From Williopsis jadinii (Eukaryota), in contig AP024666.1 of assembly GCA_024346625.1 (NCBI GenBank), positions 1,302,001 to 1,366,000 on the forward strand: a DNA stretch of 64,000 bases. Reading direction: 5' to 3'. Positions 57,900-64,000 of this stretch are shown one piece after another. The first letter of the stretch is position 1, and each line of letters begins with the position of its first letter. A model generated the notes under the pieces. The model searched no databases and was not told the origin of the DNA. It saw nothing but the letters and a program-made list of their open reading frames with translations. Made by a program: the position numbers and the translations under genes.

Positions 57900-58850
57900 C
57901 GAAACAAAGGAAGTTTCTTCCCAGTGCCAGCAAAGAATCAGCCCGTTCGCCTCCCTTCTCCCCCACACACAGATGATAACTGGGGGCCCAGTGCCAGGCA
58001 ACTTCTCGTCACTCACAGCGACTCACGGGGACTCCCCAATTGACTCACGAACCCTTCGCTGGGCTCACCTCACTTGCAGGCTCGTACAGCAGTGTCACCT
58101 CATGCGACAAACGCACACAAGGTGATATACACAGCGCAGACTTGGGTGGCTCCAGAGCGAGGGAGAACGACTGAATGCGGACGAAGGACACTCCACAGCT
58201 CCCAGACACGAGCGTGGTGGTGTTCATTTGGGCACAGACGTGACGGCTCACACCAACGGGGCCATTGCAACAGCTTTGGTGCCCGCCATCGGTGCCCGTG
58301 TCCGTACACACGGAGCCTCCCGATCCCGGAGCCCAGCGTATGGGCAGCCTACGTTTTCTTTTCTTTTTTGCTTTGTTTTAGCGCACTGGCTGTTGGTACC
58401 TTGTGTGACCTCGTTCAGAGAGGCAGAAAGGGCGGGCTTCTGGCGTATGCGTACTTACGTAGTCGTCAATTGGGTCAGTGTGGTTCCACTGGTTGATTCC
58501 GGTGCAGCTGATGAGGTTTAGGGAATGCGTTGGGCGCAGTAGGCTGGTGGCCAGTGGCCTGTGGTTGGTTTCCTGTGTGGTGTTGCCAGCGTGTACGTGG
58601 ATGTTAAGCAGCACTCACAATGGGATCGCCAGCGAGGACACGTCAGTCTCTGTGCGTGCCGTCCGAATCACTTTGTTCTGAGCAGTGGATGTGCTTGCAG
58701 TAATAGCATGGCTCATCAATTGACGAGGAATACTAAGACTACAGCGTTTGGCCTCGTGCTTAGACAACCCCATCTACCTGTGCGAGGCTTCAACCTTTAT
58801 CTTTTGCTTTCATATTCACATATACACTATGCCGTCTCCGATTTTGGTCA
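57900..58850 (+). ncRNA. Candidate long structured ncRNA, possibly telomerase RNA
   Basis: No credible ORF; nested long-range helices; candidate template 58187-58209; U-rich pseudoknot 58344-58431; Sm-like GATTTTGG at 58840-58847. Boundaries approximate. Confidence 0.4.
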
Positions 58851-58860
58851 CTGGAGGCCA

Positions 58861-59628
58861 TTAAATGGCCTTCAGGTCTTTCAGTTTGGCAACCAGCTCA
58901 TCGACAGAGCCAACCTTGATACCAGCTTCACGTGCAGCAGGCTCCTCCACCTTCAGAACCTCCAATCTGGCTGAGAGGTCAACGTCAAAGTCCTTCAGTT
59001 TGAGCTTCTCCAATGGTTTCTTCTTCGCCTTCATCATGTTTGGCAACGAGGCGAAACGAGGCTCGTTCAATCTCAAATCTGTCGTTATGATCAGGGGCAA
59101 TTTGGACTTGACCGTCTCCTCACCACCGTCAATCTCTCTTGTTACGTAGACCTCATCGTCTTTGATCTCCACCTTGGCCGCATTTGTAGCCTGTGGCCAG
59201 TTCAGCAAACCTGCGAGCATTTGACCAGTGTTGTTGGAATCGTCGTCGATGGACTGCTTACCCAAGATGATCAAGTTCGACTCGTTCTTCTCGGCAACCT
59301 GTTTCAAGATCTTTGCAACGTTTAGAGGCTCAACCTCTTGTTCACCAGAGTCAATATGCGTTGAGGAATCCGCACCTTTTGCCAAAGACTGACGTAGAAC
59401 ATCCTGGGCCTTTGTTGGTCCAATGGAAACAACGTGGATCTTGTTAACCAATGACTTGTGTGCCTCCTTGATACGGACAGCCTCTTCGACAGCAATATCG
59501 CAGAATGGGTTGATACTGAACTTGACACCTGTTTTCTCAATACCCGTTCCCGCTTTGTTGATTCTTGGTTTAAGGGCAAAGTCGATCACCCTTTTGACAG
59601 GAACGAGGATGTTAAGCTTGGTTGACAT
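58861..59628 (-). CDS. CIR1: Electron transfer flavoprotein beta subunit
   Basis: [51 protein letters not shown]. Confidence 0.95.
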   Translation of the reverse strand: MSTKLNILVPVKRVIDFALKPRINKAGTGIEKTGVKFSINPFCDIAVEEAVRIKEAHKSLVNKIHVVSIGPTKAQDVLRQSLAKGADSSTHIDSGEQEVEPLNVAKILKQVAEKNESNLIILGKQSIDDDSNNTGQMLAGLLNWPQATNAAKVEIKDDEVYVTREIDGGEETVKSKLPLIITTDLRLNEPRFASLPNMMKAKKKPLEKLKLKDFDVDLSARLEVLKVEEPAAREAGIKVGSVDELVAKLKDLKAI

Positions 59629-59949
59629 GATGAGGGAGAGTCAATTGTACTTCAGCGGATGGTCGAATCCCAATCAATCGGTCAATTCAAGGGGACAACC
59701 ACCTTTTGCAATTTGTTGGTGGTGGAGCGAACAGGTGAAATTTTTTCTGCCCACACCCCCAGCTCCTCAGCGCTGCGGTGGACAAATCTGAAGCTTCTAC
59801 AATTGGAGAGCATAATATGATTTCATATATGGAGGATGTTATATGTTTTTGATATATAATGATGACGAATTTGTTGCACGACAGGAATAAATAAGAAACA
59901 ATGAGGTTCGATAAATAAATAAATAAGTAGAGAAGAGCCTTTTACAGGT

Positions 59950-60680
59950 TCAGATGGTCTTCTTCTCCAAATCTTCGTATGGAGGTAGGTTGAATTCCCA
60001 CTTCTCTTCACCTGGTCTAACCTCGTAGTACTTCTTCAGGTCGATGCCATGGTACTCGTGTGTGAAGAATGAGAACCAAGGGAAGAAGAACAGCGCGTAC
60101 TGCGAGTTCTTGGAGTTGCGCATGGCAACCTCCTGAAGGTCTGCGGTGATGGAAGGCTTCTGGCCAAATGCTGGGAGGCCCTGACTCAGGTTCTTCTTGA
60201 CTTGATAACGGTCCTTCGCAACTTCCCTAGCGTTTTCTGTGTGTCCGAAGAATCTTTGGGAAGATCTGTTGTAGGCGATCAGGAACCCACCGACAAATCC
60301 CAACAAGGTTGTGACTCTTAATACGCTTGGTGACGGCTTGGTGAAGGTGCGCCCATTGACCGGGTCCAAACGCTCGAAAACGGTGAAGAGACCTGGCATT
60401 GCGACGGTTCCAATGGCCCAGGCAGCATAGTCGCATGGACGGAAGAACCCAACAACCCTGTTGAAGTGTGGATCAGTGTCAATCACCTGTTCGTTTCCAG
60501 CGTTGTTAGTACAAGAGGTTCAACATCGAATAAGGGGTTGGTGCTGGTGAGAGAAAACTGAAGAGCGCAGAGCTAAACCATCTCCACAGTGCTGGGAAAA
60601 CAACCCGTGACGGTTGCAAAGAGCATACTCACCTCGTATGGTGCGGATGTAGCAACGGACTGTTCCAGTTCAGTTGACAT
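59950..60680 (-). CDS. Complex I accessory subunit NUXM (20.9/21 kDa), 2 exons (60680-60633, 60486-59950)
   Basis: Spliced ...APYEVIDTDPHFNRVVGFFRPCDY; AYNRSSQRFFG..ENARE; PWFSFFTHEYHGID; intron GTGAGT..TACTAAC..CAG. Confidence 0.9.
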
Positions 60681-61027
60681 TTTGCGTTTCTGTTGGGGGA
60701 TAATGTGCTCTTTAGCAGAGATGTTTACACGGTGAAGGGGACTTAAAACTCCTCTGTCGCTTCCTTTCTGTGCGCGCCCGTAGCGAAGGAAGCACAAGGC
60801 CAAAAAAAAAAACAGAGAGCGGCAAACGTTTTCGCGGGTTTGGTTGGGCGGGTAACCCTTCGTGGGGTTTTGAACGCCATGGGGACTGTACTGAGAGTTA
60901 CGCAGGTGTGGCGCTGAGATTTACGCTGGACGCTGGGTTATACAGCAAGGTGTGGACGCTGTGTTATACAACAAGCTGAGGACACGGAGTAGCTATGGGC
61001 GTTGTGACGAGCTCTTTGGCTCTGTCA

Positions 61028-61034
61028 TTAGTAA
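61028..61034. promoter_or_regulatory. Yap1 response element upstream of thioredoxin
   Basis: TTAGTAA ~300 nt upstream of the ATG; TATAAAA at ~61233. Confidence 0.55.
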
Positions 61035-61332
61035 TTGGCGTGTGGTAATGCCAATTGCTCACCGAGTCGCCACCTGCTGTGATGTGACCTTGGATAGGAG
61101 GAGCACCACGGTCAGTGTGGGCTTCCCGTCCACAGTGAACAGGAGCTGCTGCCGTGGCAGCAGGGGGAGGCGGGCCCGGTCTAATCTGCTGACAAACGCG
61201 CTAAGACAGCTTGCGGGCAAGCGTAGCAGCGGTATAAAAAGAAAAGCCAGGCTCTCTTCTCCTTCTCCTCTACTCGCTGAACAAGGCGAAGGAATCAACT
61301 CCAGTTCATCAGATACTACCAACACAAAGAAA

Positions 61333-61644
61333 ATGGTTACTCAAATCACCACCGCTGATCAATTCAACGAGGCCATCAAGTCCTCCAAGTTGGTTGTTGT
61401 CGACTTTTACGCTACCTGGTGTGGTCCTTGTAAGATGATTGCTCCATTGGTGGAGAGATTTGCCAACGAGTACACCGACGCTGAGTTCTACAAGGTTGAC
61501 GTTGACGAGCTCGGACAAGTTGCGCAGCAACAGGAGGTGAGCGCTATGCCAACCATCCTTTTCTTCAAGAACGGCCAGGTCATTGACAAGATTGTGGGTG
61601 CCAACCCAAATGCCCTGAAGCAGAAGATCGCTGCCAACATCTAA
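61333..61644 (+). CDS. TRX2: Cytosolic thioredoxin (TRX1/TRX2 ortholog)
   Basis: MVTQIT...VVVDFYATWCGPCKMIAP...VSAMPT...VGANP, 103 aa. Confidence 0.93.
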   Translation: MVTQITTADQFNEAIKSSKLVVVDFYATWCGPCKMIAPLVERFANEYTDAEFYKVDVDELGQVAQQQEVSAMPTILFFKNGQVIDKIVGANPNALKQKIAANI

Positions 61645-61993
61645 GCAGGCCGAAAAGCCCTCCAAGTCTTCTTATTCCGTGTGCCTTTTTTCGTTTTTTG
61701 CCTGTTTTGACGATACACATAATATAATGTTACTCTCTGGGGGTGCTGTGCAAATTGTTCCTCTAGTGCTCCCCCATTAACTGTGTGCCATGTTAAACTG
61801 ATGTAGTGTTTCCAATTGCTATAATGCCATATTAAAAATATACACCGAGATCAAGATACGTTCACCCAATCCCCGTATCACCGTGCTGTAAAGTGATCTA
61901 CAGTGTTAGTTGCGCGCCGTCGCCCTCCCCGTAAGAGCGTTAGGCGGAACCTTACGCTGTGCCTTTCGCGAGTATTAGCGCATTTGCTCACGC

Positions 61994-62013
61994 TACCCGG
62001 TAAGGCCGGGTAA
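61994..62013. promoter_or_regulatory. Inverted pair of Reb1-like sites upstream of RAP1
   Basis: TACCCGG-TAAGG-CCGGGTAA. Confidence 0.6.
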
Positions 62014-62212
62014 CGCCTGTGGAACACATGCTCCACCGCGGAAAGAGCAAAAAGAAACGGAAAATCCGACCACAAAAATCGACACACAAAAACGAAAACG
62101 AAAACTTCCACACACCAAACATCCCCAAACAAACCTCAACACCAACCTCTCTTGATTCTGCAACACAGGCATTATGAAAAGAGAGCAAAGTGGATTGGAA
62201 AACCATACCCAA

Positions 62213-64000
62213 ATGACAGAGGAGAACATCGACGCGTCTTTGCTTGAGTGAGTTTATCGGTGGTGAGGCCATTGGAGGCGGAATGGTGTAGAAAAAGGGG
62301 GTGTGAGGGGGAGAGCTTGAACCCACGCTTTGTTTACGCTTTGTTTACGCTTTGTTTACGCTTTGTTTACGCCTTGTTTACCCTTTGTTTACGCTTTTTC
62401 GAACACTGGCACGCTTGCAAAACAACACTAACACCCGCTATAGACAAGACACAAGTGCCCTATTCGTCCAGGATAGTAAGCCACTTGAGTTCTTCATCCC
62501 AACCACAGAAGATGGCCGTATCAACTTGATTAACCTGATCACCTCCCACGGCGGGAAGGTTGTGGAGGAGGCTTCTCAAGGTTATTACTTGTCAAAATTC
62601 GGTGATGCTCATCGTGACGTTATCGATCCTAAATTCGTGTTGGATTCCGTGGAGAAGAAACGGATCCAAAGCTTGAACTCCTATAAGGTGGCCACGTATG
62701 ACGATTCATCGAATTCAGATGCTGTTGCCGCCGCCGCCGCCGCTGCCGCCGCTGCAAAGGCTGCCACTGAGGTCTCTGAACAGAACGATGCTTCAAAGGC
62801 CACCACAGATGATGCTGGTGTTGTCCAGCACCTGGTGACTTTCATCCAGTCGAATGACGGGTCCGGCAGGGCTAATGATGATCAACAGCAAGGTGACGAG
62901 CTTGATAAGCTTCGTGAAGAACGTATGAACGCTGCCTCAGCAGTCAAGGAGGGAAGCTTCGTTTCCAAGGCCGATCGCATCAACTTACACAACAAGAATG
63001 GATTCACGAGACAAGAAGATGATATGATTTTGGAAGAAGTTCGTAAAAACCCTCACCGTCGCTCAACCCACAAGTTATTCCACGAAATTGCAGAAAAGAT
63101 TGGAAGACATACTGGTAATTCTATCCGTTACAGATTCAGAACCCATCTACAGAACGAGTTGAAATACGTCTACAAGACGGATGATGAAGGTAACTTGATT
63201 ACAGACTCTGTGGGTAAATACATCCCAACCGAAGCAATGCCTTCAACGATGAAGAACAAATTCACAGCAAGGGATGATTATACGCTTGCCAAAGCCGTTA
63301 TGGATAATATAGCTGATAGACCAGAGTCTACTCCAGATGACGCAAGAGATCTTGTTTTACCAGGGAAATTCTTTGAACAGATGGCGAAGGACCATCCAAA
63401 CCATACAAGGGCAGCATGGAGAGATAGATACAGAAAGTTTGTCGTTCCATACGGTGTGGATAAGTACCTTTCATACTATGAGGATGAACTCAGTGCAAAC
63501 CGTGTTCCTGAAGAGATTAAAAACTTTACGGGAAGACACTTGTACAAATCAGCAAAGAAAAATAAGGCAAACGATGCCGAGCTCGATACCGTTGTCGGTG
63601 AAAGTCTGTTGAGACATAACAACCAGTTGCAACAGAGTCAAGGCAAGAGAAGAAGACTCAATGGCTCTTCTGAATCAGATGCTTCTAACCTGTTCTTGCA
63701 CGGTGATCAAGCTGAGATTGCTGGTATGCTTGAATCTCAAGCAGCAGCAGCAGTTGCCGCAGCAAGTGCATCTAATATCCATCCAAACATTGAAAACCAA
63801 TTGACTGACGATTTGGTCACCCAAAAGTTCTTTGAATTCCATCCTTTGAATACCGTTGTTGACAAAATCAGGGAAATCGTCGGACGTAACTTTGCTTCTG
63901 AAGAAGCCGAAGAGTTGATCAATGCCTTGTACAGCGAAGCTGGTATACAAAAGAAGTTTGGTATGTTCATCATTGCCAGTGTATGTGGTGACTTAACTCT
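62213..64000 (+). CDS. RAP1: Repressor/activator protein 1, 2 exons (62213-62247, 62444->64000), truncated by window end
   Basis: Spliced MTEENIDASLLEQDTSALF; BRCT (LITSHGGKV); Myb repeats HNKNGFTRQEDDMILEEVRKNPHRRSTH...HTGNSIRYRFR and KNKFTARDDY...HTRAAWRDRYRKF; start of an RCT-like C-terminal domain. Confidence 0.95.
62325..62397. repeat. 11-bp tandem repeat (ACGCTTTGTTT) in the RAP1 intron, six TTGTTTAC copies
   Basis: TTGTTTAC starts at 62330, 62341, 62352, 62363, 62374 and 62385. Confidence 0.95.

Noticed and set aside
60952..61332. 127-codon in-frame N-terminal extension of thioredoxin
   Set aside because: The track opens it at GTG; the TATA box (~61233) and the Yap1 site lie inside it; the ATG at 61333 gives a canonical 103-aa Trx.

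Overview
Gene-dense chromosomal segment of a budding yeast (Saccharomycotina). It is outside Saccharomycetaceae (it encodes a complex I subunit and has many short introns, mostly with GTGAGT donors) but has a Saccharomyces-like full-length Rap1; a Phaffomycetaceae-like assignment is inference only. About 30 protein genes are supported: VRP1, ERV1, CIN4/ARL2, AVT4, a peroxisomal ACAD10/11-type kinase, ACE2, CIP1, MCM22, GNA1, SMX2, CTF19, MTG2, LSC2, GEP7, RAD6, PKP2, a 1181-aa Mutator-like (MULE) transposase, HPC2, YBP1, a DUF3112-like membrane protein, a PUT4-like permease, SUR7, a hAT-derived BED-finger protein, ATG16, a CVM1-like gene, DUN1, MER2/REC107, TDA10, CIR1, NUXM, thioredoxin and RAP1 (runs off the right end). 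Thirteen introns in 11 genes were reconstructed by hand. Main leads: (1) an ORF-free ~0.9-kb region between TDA10 and CIR1 with nested long-range helices, a candidate template and a U-rich pseudoknot, compatible with an unannotated telomerase RNA; (2) a MULE transposase with an intact DDE triad, no visible TIRs and SCB-like promoter sites, possibly domesticated; (3) a second ~0.6-kb structured ncRNA candidate after a TATA box between LSC2 and GEP7; (4) six helically phased forkhead sites inside the RAP1 intron. Gene names come from remembered motifs and synteny, not database searches.
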